From Anthoceros angustus (lineage: Eukaryota; Plantae; Anthocerotophyta), in NCBI GenBank assembly GCA_010909165.1, contig VJWM01000223.1, positions 186,001-250,000 on the forward strand: a DNA stretch of 64,000 nt. Direction: 5' to 3'. Position 1 is the stretch's first letter, and each line of letters begins with the position of its first letter. Positions 11,761 to 22,529 of this stretch are shown piece after piece. A model generated the notes under the pieces. That model was not told the origin of the DNA. It did not search any database and was given only the letters and a program-made list of their open reading frames with translations. The position numbers and the translations under genes are program-made.

Positions 11761-14035
11761 TTAAGGACAGCGCCCTCGGAGACAAACGTCGATGTGTGCG
11801 TTAACCTTAGCGTTGGTAACATTTACAGGGAAACAGATTTGGCAGATAGGACAGGACGCAAGCTCTGCATAGCACGAACACAGGTCATGGGTACCGGACC
11901 ATGGGCATAATTCAGAACCCAGACAAAGCAGCAGCTGATAACACAGCACGCACCTTCAGAGTTCTGCCGCCTCCCAGAAGTTCTTGCTGGGGGATCGGAG
12001 TGGCCAGGAGACGTCCTGTCGTCGTCGTCGTCGTCATTCCCGCCTAGCAAGGCACAGGGCTCAACATGGGGAGGCATGGAATCGGAAGCTCTGGAAGAGC
12101 TCCCATTGGCCTGCTCTTCCAAAGGTTGATGCTCAGGAGCATCTTCATCATCCAACACAATAATCTCCGTGCTCGTCGGTTTTGATTCAGCGCCGGGCAC
12201 TGGGCTGTCAAGAACGAAGCAAGACGAGTCCGAATCTGTGACCAAGATTCCCCCTTCACCCACGTCTGGCCCTTGGCTTGTCTCAACAGCGGCCACAAGC
12301 CGAGCAGGAGATTTGCATAACTCCAGTCCTTCGGCCACAGGAGGAGCCGCAGATTTGCCTAGCTCCAGTCCTTCGACCACAAGAGGAGCCGGAGATTTGC
12401 GTAGCTCCAGTCCTTGCTTCCGCCTCTCCCTCCGTTTATCAATCAGCGGAACAATATCTTCATCCTCATCTCCTTCATACTCACACCAGTGCGACCCAAT
12501 CTTGACGGTAGGCTCTCCCCTGCCCTCCAACTCCGCCCTACTCCGCTTCCTGTTCTTGCCTCTCTCAGCATCGCCGTTGCCGTCCTCCCCACCAGCCCGC
12601 TTGCACTTCTCCGAGGGGGACCACCGGTCACCGTGCGCGTCCACGTCAGCTCCGTTGGTACCGCTCCTGCGCACCGGAAAGAAGCTCTCGATCGGGGCGT
12701 GAGCTCCCTCCTTCGGCTCCGCTGCAGACTCCGGTGCCTTCCGCTTGCTGCTCCTCCTGGTGGTCATCCCTTTCCCGCTACCACTACCACCCACTTCCTT
12801 GCCCTTCCCCTTCTCCCCGTCTGCACGCACCCAAAACGAAGACACGTGAGAAACGTACCCCCACGGGCCAGGTCAGGCAGACACAGCAGCAGCATCCATC
12901 TCCAATCCCTCGATGTAGAGCATAGATCAGTACATCCCTCGGGCTGCGCCGTCTTGACGTAGCTGCCACCGCACAGCCTTAGGTGCCTGCCACAACGCCA
13001 CACCCTCGGTCTGGAATGGCACACACACCCCGCAAGCGAGAAAACAGGCCGAGCTACAAGGAGCAAGGGAACAAGGAAACACTCACGAATGGTACTGGCA
13101 TCGCGGATTGCAATTCCCCTTGAGCGTGGGAGGCTTCAGGCAGCAGTCGTGAATAGAAGGTGCCCGATTCTGCGCCCGCCGTATCACGTTCCCGCACCGC
13201 TCGCACTGCACCCGGAAGTGGCCACGCATCACCCCTGATGACCAAGGCAGGAAACGGCATAACCTAGGACAAGCATGGCAGCCCTCGCACCGTCCAGTGA
13301 TGCGTGCGGTACAGATCCACCTCCGCCCCGAAGTCGTGGTAGATGCTCACGGCGTACCCCTTCTCCGGCCTCTGCACCAAACACACCCCTTTCATCACCA
13401 CGGCCATGCCATACCATACCATACCATGCCAAACGATTAAGCCACCCCAGCTGCTTCCCACCAGATGATCCTCGGCCTGGCCATTGTTGATCTCGCGCAT
13501 CTTGGCCTGAAACCGAGGTCCGTGGTCACTGGCAGCAGGGAAGGACTAAAGTAAGCGTCAATTGACACGAAGCTCTTGACAGGAAAGGAAAGCATGCCGC
13601 ATGCAGCGTGCGCAGGGGGAGCCAGCTGAAGCTAAGGCTCAGGTCCTACTCGTGATCCCTGTTGTCGTGCGTGAGGAAGAGGAAGGCGTGGATCATCTCA
13701 TGCAGCAGCGTCTCCTTGAGATCCGTGGTGGTGCGGTACTTGAGGAGCGGCTCCGAGAGGCGGATGGCGCACGCTCCAGCTGGCCCGTAGCGGCACACTC
13801 CGCGCACCTGCCACTCCGATTGTCAGGCCGGCCCGCCGCGGCTTCACGCTCCGCCATGGACATGGACCCCGAGCAGCAGCAGATTGCACGGCACGGACAA
13901 TGTCATGCGGGTGGAGCTCCAATCCACAGTGCACGCGCCTAACGCGCCTTCGAAGTAGAGCTGGTCGTAGTAGCAGAAGAGCGCGCGGATGTCCGGCTGG
14001 GGATCCAGCAGGTCCGCTTCCTCCACGACCGCCAT
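11761..14035 (-). CDS. SPRTN: SprT-domain DNA-protein crosslink protease Spartan (multi-exon)
   Basis: WSSTRMTL-CAGVCRY...IRLSEPLLKYR...ETLLHEMIHAFLF (HExxH), DHGPRF, HWTCERCGNVIRRAQNR, HLRLCGGSYVKTAQPEGY, and a C-terminal UBZ4 finger (CPICQICFP...NAHIDVCL). One G appears to be missing at 13800-13801. Confidence 0.92.
12290..12415 (-). repeat. 42-bp coding tandem repeat (about 3 copies) in the SPRTN linker
   Basis: Encodes GLELRKSPAPLVVE / GLELGKSAAPPVAE / GLELCKSPARLVAA. Confidence 0.9.
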
Positions 14036-14036
14036 A

Positions 14037-14066
<30 letters not shown>
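14036..14066. repeat. (GCC)n microsatellite immediately upstream of the SPRTN ATG
   Basis: Run of gccgccgcc... directly adjacent to the CAT at 14033-14035. Confidence 0.9.
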
Positions 14067-14067
<1 letters not shown>

Positions 14068-14667
14068 AGCTCGCTTTCTCACACTACCGCCTTCCTGGGC
14101 TGGATTCTCAACAACCCAAGTTCCAACCCGGAGGGCCAGGTCCGGGCGGCCGTTGGGGCCGTGCTCCACGTCAGACCCCGAATCGTATACTTGTCCAGCG
14201 TTACCGGAAATCAACGGTCACAAGACCGGGTGAGCCTGTCGCTCCCACGAAGCGTGGCGCTCGAAATCAGTCCCCTATATGTCGAGGTCGACCCGCTCTC
14301 CTTCACATCATTTGTGCGGACGTGAGTTCGAATACGGTTCGATTTACTGTGAATTATAGTTTCGCACAGTGAAATAGTAACGTCGGAGTAGACTTCATAC
14401 GGACGACTGCTCAAGATACGCAAACAAATAAAGCTTCCGGTCTTGGGCACGAATAACGCTGAGCCTCAATAGGCTCAATAAATGCAATGCCTCTTGGAGA
14501 CTATAGGCTAGTGCTAAGCCCTCTTTGGGACGGTATCATAAGGAAACCTTGGATAAGTGGTAGTTGTCTCCAAGATAAGACTAAAGATGTAGTGTTGTGG
14601 CATCGTTAGACAAGCAATTTGGGTGTAGGATTTCCAATACCTTGAGCTTGTGAGGCAAATCTTGTTG

Positions 14668-14775
14668 GCAAGGTATACCTTGTGCTTGCATGGGTAACGT
14701 TCTTCTATGCATTCGAGTAGCTTGCAAGGTATACCTTGGGTTTGCATGAGTAACGTTGTTGTTTGCATTCGAGTA
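14668..14775. repeat. 56-bp imperfect tandem duplication
   Basis: gcaaggtatacc...gcattcgagta starts at both 14668 and 14724. Confidence 0.8.
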
Positions 14776-15292
14776 ACTGGAATTCGTCAACTAGGAGCCT
14801 TCCTAAAAATGTTGAGGGTGTTATCACGATGTCCTTGATGATGTCCCTGCCTACAAACAAACAGCTCTAGGTGCAATTGTCTACAAGTAGAGATGCACTT
14901 ACATAACAAGAGAATTTGCCACTCATCCGTCTCCCTCTCGTAGCGGGAATCATTGGTAGGTTCTCTTGCATCTTGGCCTGTGTTTCTTCACTATTAACAC
15001 ACTACTCAATAAGTGGCCCTGCTTTTGAACTGAGCAATGGTTATAAGGTTGTTGGCAGAACCTCCTTTTTTCTTGGATGTTCTCTATATAAAAGAGTTGT
15101 TAGATATTGCCTTCTATGTGGCCCAAGTTTTCTACGAATATGCCTGTGTTATCATCTCATCAATATTTGTCACCTCTGGTCCTTCAGGTTGACCCCACCT
15201 TTTTAGCCAGCTGGTAGAGTTACGGAAGGTCTCACATTTTGACATCTTGTACAGTAAAAAGAGTGCGCCCCATTCGGCGAGGACTGACCTCG

Positions 15293-15318
15293 TTAGGGTT
15301 TAGGCTTTAGGGTTTAGG
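15293..15318 (+). repeat. Short interstitial telomere-like tract (TTTAGGG variants)
   Basis: ttagggtttaggctttagggtttagg. Confidence 0.7.
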
Positions 15319-15790
15319 ACCTGGCGCAAACTTCAAGCTTTCCTTAAGATCATAGAGATAGTCTGAGTACAGCTATCCCCATGGCAGTCCAAGCGAGTAG
15401 CATGAGCACACACTAGTCATCCCCATTGCAGTTCAATTCAGTAGCATGAGCACCCATTGTAACTTGAATTTAAGCTCTTGAATTACAGCATGAGAACAAG
15501 ATAGAAAGTCACCATCCACCACTCTCTCGCATCAATAAAAAAACTTTCTTGACAGTCTTACATAGGTATGAGCCACAAATACTATACTTATAGTAAACAC
15601 ATATTCAAACCCCTATGGGTCGGATTCCATAGTTACAAGGGCATCTCAAGATCCCTTATGCGAACGGGCACAATGGGCAATAATCTGTTTTTTTTAATCT
15701 CAAAAGAAAAATATCCACCTCCGAAGATAAATGGATAGATTGATAGTAGTCGCTTTATGCATTCTGTGTGTGACAATCTTAGTCAGCATC

Positions 15791-15886
15791 ATACAACTTA
15801 ATCTCATGTAAGGTTCAAGTTTCAAGGTTGTCGATAACATACAACTTAATCTCATGTAAGGTTCAAGTTTCAAGGTTGTCGATAAC
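15791..15886. repeat. Perfect 48-bp tandem duplication
   Basis: atacaacttaatctc...gtcgataac occurs twice head to tail. Confidence 0.95.
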
Positions 15887-15920
15887 GTCAACCATTTATC
15901 TCGAAACACGTTCACTATTA

Positions 15921-16040
15921 ATTTCAACAATGTTTTGATAGTGGCTACAAAATTTCAACAACATTTTGAAGGTGGCTATAAAATTTCAATGACATTTTAA
16001 TGGTGGCTATAAAATTTCAACATCATTTTGATGGTGGCTT
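15921..16040. repeat. 31-bp minisatellite, about 4 copies
   Basis: gtggct recurs at 15941, 15972, 16003 and 16034 within attttgatggtggctataaaatttcaa-like units. Confidence 0.9.
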
Positions 16041-16153
16041 CAAGTCGATGGATTATCCTATATTGACCTACATACAATATATAATTATTAAAAAATATAG
16101 TTTGGGAGACGTAGCAAAACCCATGTGGAGTCCTCGACCTAGACCCTGTTCCA

Positions 16154-16443
16154 ATGGAATCTATTTGAGGACCCATTGGACATTGCAGGTGGCAATAAGA
16201 AGGCCCTTCCCTATAAAGTGTTATGGGTCCCCAATAAATAAAGTGTTATGGGTGCCCAAACAAATAAATTGCAATGGGTCCCCAAACAAATATCATCGAT
16301 GGAATCTATTTGAGGACCCATTGGACTTTGCAGGTGGCAATAAGAAGGCCCTTCCCTATAAAGTGTTATGGGTCCCCAATAAATAAAGTGTTATGGGTGC
16401 CCAAACAAATAAATTGCAATGGGTCCCCAAACAAATATCATCG
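16154..16443. repeat. 145-bp tandem duplication containing ~24-bp subrepeats (left arm of a foldback-like structure)
   Basis: Units start at 16154 and 16299 with one mismatch seen. The subunit is aaataaagtgttatgggtcccc. Confidence 0.92.
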
Positions 16444-16649
16444 CAGCCGGGTGTGGTCCAAGTTTCCACAAAGGTTCCCTACGCCTCCTGAACTACAGAC
16501 GTAAAGGTTCAATGAAGACTTTGAAAGTCCCATCTACACAGTGGTGGTGAGGAACAACCCGCTAAAGCTTCCAAGCCAGGGGAACTAGGCCTCGTGATTG
16601 TTTACCCTGAAGCTGCCTGTCGTCCCCTAAAATGTTGTAGCCTAGAGTA

Positions 16650-16830
16650 GCAATTTATTTGAGGACCCATAGCTCTTTACTTATTTGGTGACCCATAACA
16701 CTTTATTTATTTGGGACCATAGCACTTTATTTATTCGGGATCCATAGCACTTTATTTATTTAGGGATATAACACTTCATTTATTTAAGGACCCATTGTGC
16801 GTTATTTATGTAAGGACCGGTAGCTCGGAA
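16650..16830. repeat. Inverted array of the same ~24-bp subrepeat (right arm)
   Basis: Several gacccata(a/g)cactttatttattt units, the reverse complement of the left-arm subunit. Confidence 0.8.
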
Positions 16831-16866
16831 CCCATATTGCTCCTTTGGGAGGCTCCGCAGTGGAAT

Positions 16867-17018
16867 AAGAAGAAGAAGAAGAAGATTATATTATAGTCCA
16901 CTTAGACGAAATTTTCCTCTCATGGGACTCGATACTTTTGACAACTTGGCAAATATGCCTAAGCTACTTGCACCAAGGGCATCCACTCCCTTCAAGCACC
17001 CCATCTAAGTACCGATCT
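16867..17018 (-). repeat. Copy of the dispersed (CTT)n-tailed family
   Basis: gcctaagctacttgcaccaagggcatccactccctt...ccccatctaagtaccgatct is the near-exact reverse complement of 41855-41917. A (GAA)n tract lies at the left end. Confidence 0.85.
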
Positions 17019-17331
17019 TCAATCGCGATGGCTAATAATGGCGTTGTTATAAATGCGGGCTTGTGATGCGGCAGAGGCCGCTTAAAGCAGTAGTTTCCGA
17101 GCGCATTTAGATATGTACCTATACTTTATGGTGGGCATGGGCGCCATGTCACTCTATTTTGTCCTGGGCGCCATCGCCGTATTATGTATCGAGCTCTCGA
17201 TTGAGTCGGGCCAGTCTTTCTCACATCAGGGCCGGGGACGGGGCAGGGGCAGGGACAGGAACGGAAATGGCGATGTCGCTGCGCCCACCGCAGTGGCTAC
17301 TGCCGTCTCCGGCGGCGCCGTCGGATCGAAA

Positions 17332-19738
17332 ATGGCGGCGGCGGCGGCTAAGGTGGCGGCGGCCGCCGTGCCTCCTTCCGGCGGGTGCAGGCGGCCGTGG
17401 TGCCCGCGACCAGCAGCCCCGAGTGCGCCCTGGGCGTGGCTCCGGCCACTAGGAAGCCCGAGCAGAAGGAGCAGCAGCAGAAGGGGGTCCGGACGGTGTC
17501 GCCGGAATCGCTGCAGTACGAGGCCGGCTTCCTGGGAGCCATATCCTCCAAGACGGCTCCCCCGGCGGGCACCGAGATGCAGAGCCCCATGCGGTACGTC
17601 ACCAAGATCCTCACCTCCAATGTGTACGACGTGGCCATGGAGTCCCCGCTCGAGTTGGCGCCCAAGCTGAGCGAGCGCTACGGCAACCGCTTCCTCCTCA
17701 AGCGGGAGGACATGCAGCCGGTGGGTGGTGGTGCTGCGGCCCTTCTTGTTTGTTCCAAGATTCTTGGAGAAAGGGATTGTGGTGCTGACGGTGTGGCGCA
17801 CCAGGTGTTCTCGTTCAAGCTCCGTGGGGCGTACAACATGATGGCCAAGCTGCCCCGGGAGCAGCTGCAGCGCGGGGTGATCTGCTCGTCCGCGGGGAAC
17901 CACGCGCAGGGCGTGGCCTTGGCGGCGAGGAAGCTGGGGTGTAGCGCGGTGATCGCCATGCCTATCACCACGCCCGAGATCAAGGTCAGGTCAGGACCGG
18001 GCTCGGGCGCGGTGTTGCTTGTGGTGGTGTGTGTGGTGGGGTGTTTATGGGGTGGCGGGTTGGGTCGGCGGGGTGCAGTGGCAGTCGGTGGAGAAGCTCA
18101 GGGGATCGGTGGTGCTGGTGGGCGAGGCGTACGACGAGACGCAGGCGTACGCGAAGCAGCGGGCGGTGGACGAGGGCGGGTGTTCGTGCCGCCTTCGACA
18201 ACGAGGAGGTGATCGCGGGGCAGGGCACGGTGGGGATGGAGATCGTGCGGCAGCACCCCGGCCCGCTGCACGCCGTGTTCGTGCCCGTCGGGGGCGGGGG
18301 GCTCATCGCCGGCATCGCCGCCTACATGAAGCAGGTGCGCCCGGAGGTGCTCATCGTGGGGGTGGAGCCCGCGGACGCCAACGCCATGGCGCTGTCCCTG
18401 CACCACGGGGAGCGGATTGCGCTGGACCAGTGCGGGGGGTTTGCGGACGGCGTGGCTGTGAAGATGGTGGGCGAGGAGACCTTCAGGGTGTGCCGGGAGC
18501 TGGTGGACGGGGTGGTGTTGGTGTCCCGGGACGCCATCTGCGCGGCCATCAAGGTGAGGGAAGGGGAGGAAAGGAAAGGAAAGGATGTGCTGGGTTTTGT
18601 TGGGTGGTGCCGGAAGGGAGGGTGCTCACGTCGCTGGCTGTTTGCGTCAGGATATGTTTGAAGAGACCAGAAGCATCTTGGAGCCAGCAGGAGCGCTTGC
18701 CCTGGCAGGAGCCAAGGCGTACTGCAGGCACTACGGGGTCAAGGACGTGGACGTGGTTGCCATCACGAGTGGTGCCAACATGAACTTCGACCGCCTTCGG
18801 ATCGTCACCGAGCTGGCTGATGTGGGAGCGCGGAGAGAAGCTGTGTTGGCAACTTTTGTTCCGGAGGAGCGGGGTGCTTTCAAGACGTTTTCAGACAGTG
18901 TGGGTGCCGGGCCGGGGCGTTTCTGTTTCCCTTTGGTGCTAGCCTGCCTTTCCTGCTCCTCCCTGCTCATGCTCTGTTACTTAACTTGCACAGCTGGGCG
19001 CGGTGAACATCAGTGAATTTAAGTATAGGTTCGAAGCACCGGACTCCGCCTTAGTTTTGTACAGGTGAGCATTTCTCTTTTCTGGGTTCAGCACACAAGC
19101 CGTGTATTGCCCTGTTGAATCTTTTTGCTGGTTTTTGCTCTATCAGTGTCACCCTGCAAAAGGAGGAGGAGCTGCGGGACTTGCAGGACAGAATGAAGGC
19201 TGCAAATTTTCACACGCTGGACATGACGCAAAATGACCTAGCAAAGGACCATCTCCGTCACCTGGTGAGGCGGTGTTGTTATTGTTATGTTGCTGCCTAG
19301 TGCATACCCGCCTGGACATCTGCATAGTTTGATCTGACTTGCCATTGTATGGCGCAGATGGGTGGTGGTCGTAAAGCTGTTACAGATGAGCTGCTCTGCA
19401 GATTCGTCTTCCCGGAAAGACCAGGGGCTCTGACAAGGTTTCTGGACGCCTTTAGTCCTCGTTGGAACATCACTCTCTTCCACTACAGGGCAACGGTTAG
19501 TAGTGCGTGTGTTTCCCCTTTTTTTCTTCAAGGCAATCGTATGACTCCAGCTGCTCAGAACTTGCTATCTGCACTGCTGTGTGTTTGAGTTTTTCAGGGT
19601 GAGATGGGAGCCAACGTCTTGGTTGGTCTGCAAGTACCTCCCTATGATAGACAAGAGTTCTCTGTGCGTGTCAAGGAGCTTGGTTATGCGTACCAAGATG
19701 AAACGCGAAACGAGGCAATTCAGCTTATCATGCGATAA
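17332..19738 (+). CDS. OMR1: Biosynthetic threonine dehydratase/deaminase, plastid-targeted (multi-exon; three apparent 1-nt deletions)
   Basis: VSPESLQY...[24 protein letters not shown] (PLP lysine), [46 protein letters not shown], and ACT-like domains ([25 protein letters not shown]). Frameshifts at about 17371, 18175 and 18192. Confidence 0.93.
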
Positions 19739-19959
19739 CAGCTTGTCACTCCGCAGTGGGGCATGCATTATACCGAGGTCCTTCAAGCGAAGCAGGGACA
19801 AGAATGTTCAGGTTGTCACGTTTCGTGATGTATTTATTGCAAGGAGATTATGCTGTATAAAAGTTATTAAGCCACTTGGAGCGAAGCAAACAAGTGAGCT
19901 TGAATTTATGGGTTAGAGCTCAGAAAGATTACTGATGCTGACTGCACTGCCCAGTTGCC

Positions 19960-22212
19960 CTATGGCTCTGTTGCCCTGTTCAACGGAAATTGTTGGGAAG
20001 TACTGGAATTGGAACGGGCTTGACCTGGATAGCAAGGGAATCCTGGTGAGAGCTCCTGGCCCCCGTACAGTCCTGACGTTGCAGAAGTTGGTGGAGGAGC
20101 AGTAAATGAAGAAGTCGGTGGAGGAGCAGAAAATGAAGAAGTTGGTGGAGGAGTAGCGAATGGCATCATTGTGTTTCTCATGTCAAAGTGTGGAGAGAAT
20201 CTTGGAAACACTGGCGGCCAGGGACTTCCGGCTTCGCACTGGGGCAGTACTTCACCATAACTTATTCTATTGGATACAACATTGTTGGAGGTTGGTGTAA
20301 AAGCCACGGCATCGGGATTACTTGCACCTTGCAAAGGGAAGCCTCCTCCTCCTCCACCTACCGGGATTATTCGAGTTGCTGCACCTTTGTCCTTAAACAC
20401 GTCTTGATTCTGTTCCAAAGCAATGCGCTTCGTTTGAATCTTCTGCCAGATCTTGGTTGAAACTTCAATTTATTGGATGCCTGTGTGTTATACCTGTTGG
20501 GTTGAGGCACTATCTGGAGGCTGTTGTTGTAAGCCTTGAAACAGGGATTTGAATTGCCTTAGCTCATCTCGAAAGGTTTCGTTATCGCTGCACAGCTGAT
20601 TGATTGTCGACCAGCAAAGCTGAGGTACAGACCAGGCTGGCTTCTGTAAGATATCATGACGTAGAGGTGTTGAGCAATTTGGGGTACGCAAACATTTGAG
20701 TACCTGTATCTCCACGCTGTGTTCGTTGCACAGTGATTGGACCTTGTCCAGGGCGGTCTGCTCATCAGCAAGCAGTGCTGACAGTGAGATGGTGATCATC
20801 ACTCACAGGGGACAGCAAATGAACGACAGTGTCACTTGAAATATGCACACACACTCTTTGGCTTTGGCACTCTTCTCGAAGAGCTGCATGGCTGTTTGTA
20901 ATGCTTTTCTGTAAACTCTTCTCACTAGCACCAACACTTGCCGCCTCACTTCCTGAAGATGACGGAAGAGCCTCCTTCAATTGGGTCCGCACGACTTCCT
21001 CAAATGCAATCTGTTGCGACTTGAGAAAGTCCTTAATCCGTGCCAAATCGCCTGCATGCTGCTCCACCTGATGCACGGTGGTTTGCGCCCTGGAACCAGT
21101 AGTGGGCTCCGCCCGTCACCTCCCGACACGAGCAATACAGCCAAGAGGAAAGCAAGTGACGCGAAACCACCTGTCAAGCGTTTCCTGCAGGATTTTGGCC
21201 TGTATCTTCTTCAGCATCCTCGCAGCCTTGACGGTGGCCAGATACGCGAGAGCAGATTTCTTCTTTCTCGCTACTGCGGCCCCCTTGCTTTCACGATCCC
21301 TACCCCGCCTCCTACAAGATTTCCTCTCCTCCTCTTCCTCTTCCTCCTCCTCCTCTCCCTCCTCCTCCTCCTCCTCCTTCCCAGCCCGAGGTGGAATGTA
21401 TGGCTCACCTTCCTGGAAAGGGCAATCTGACGGCTTCGCTAGCCTGTTCAGTTTGTCAACACAGGACCGCATGCCGTGCATCAACTCCGCCCCGCCAGCA
21501 GTACTCCGGGGAGACAGCAAAACGCTGAAAACGCGAATCACACGAATTAGGGCAAACCAGAAGAAGATGGAGAGTGAGGTTCGCCAAATCCTAGCCAGTG
21601 GAGCTCGCTACCTGCTGGGGTCGGGCCTGGCCATGGCCGTGGCCGCGGCCGATGCGACGCCGGTGCTCCAGTCCGCCGAAGTGCGCATGCTCCGCGCGAG
21701 CAGGTCGAAGTGCGAGCGGATGACGGCGCTGCGCTCAGACGCGGCCGAGGACGGCGCCGGCGCCGCGCCCAGCCACTCCTTGTTCGCGATCCAGGAATCG
21801 TCCAGGTTGCGCAGAATGTCTCCCATGTGCCGGATCTTGTCCGCAAGGCTGGCGGATGGCGCGCGCCCGCTGCTCTTGCTCCTCTGTAACGGCCTGGCGC
21901 CGGCGGGCGGCAGGGATGCCCGAATCCATACCCGTAGCCCCAGCGCGCGGCCGCGACCGGGGCCGCGCTGAAGATCTTGTTGCCCGAGGCTCCCGCGGCG
22001 TCGACGCGGGACGAGGCGCTGGCACTGCTCCTGCTCCTGCTCGCGGTGCGGCCGTCTGCGTGGCTGCCGGAGGGCTGCCGCTCAGGCTTCCTGCTGCCGC
22101 CGGCCTGCGACGCCGCGTACGTGTTCATCACGGTGCTCGGGGACGCGGACATGGCCACATCTTCCTGCATCGGGGACTTGGGCTGGGTCAGGCACGCCAG
22201 ATTGAGCCTCAT
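19960..22212 (-). CDS. Uncharacterised coiled-coil protein with a poly-Glu tract and Pro-rich C-terminus (multi-exon)
   Basis: A chain of minus-strand ORF segments joined by 70-100 bp GT-AG introns (e.g. cag|gtagcg, gacag|gtggtt, atacag|gtactc, caacag|gtataa), with heptad-like segments and PPPTSSF repeats. One apparent 1-nt deletion at about 21914. The start could be 22404. No family recognised. Confidence 0.65.
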
Positions 22213-22529
22213 GCTGCTGGCCGCCTCGCCCAAACGGGTTTTCCCTCGCTCCTGCTGGGCAACAGTTATTGGCGTTAATGCCTTCCGAGTCCCGTGACCA
22301 GGACACTCGTAACCGTCAACTCCGGAAAGCGAAATCGAAGCCCTAAAGCTGGCCCGGCCCCGCCTCGTCCCGCCTCGGATCGTTTGTGCGAACGATGGTT
22401 GCATCGAAGAAGAGAGGCTGAGAGTGATACATCACGGCGATCGCGTGCTACCCAAATGGTGTTTATGCGGGTGCGGGCCGGAAACCGGCGGCTTTGCCTG
22501 GCTTTTCCTGGAGCGCGGGGCAGCGCAAT

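Noticed and set aside
11823-13942. Long overlapping plus-strand ORFs opposite SPRTN (and similar antisense ORFs opposite SHPRH and TD)
   Set aside because: Shadow ORFs expected from GC-rich coding sequence.
15921-16443. CRISPR-like array
   Set aside because: The repeats are contiguous tandem units without unique spacers, and the context is eukaryotic.
17267-17452. Upstream ATG ORF (MAMSLRPPQW...) as the TD start or a uORF
   Set aside because: Needs two indels to join TD, whereas the ATG at 17332 needs one. Cannot be judged until the local sequence is verified.
21312-21408. GA-rich segment as an intron of the orphan gene
   Set aside because: Splicing this 97-bp segment shifts the frame into a stop, while read-through gives an open poly-Glu exon.
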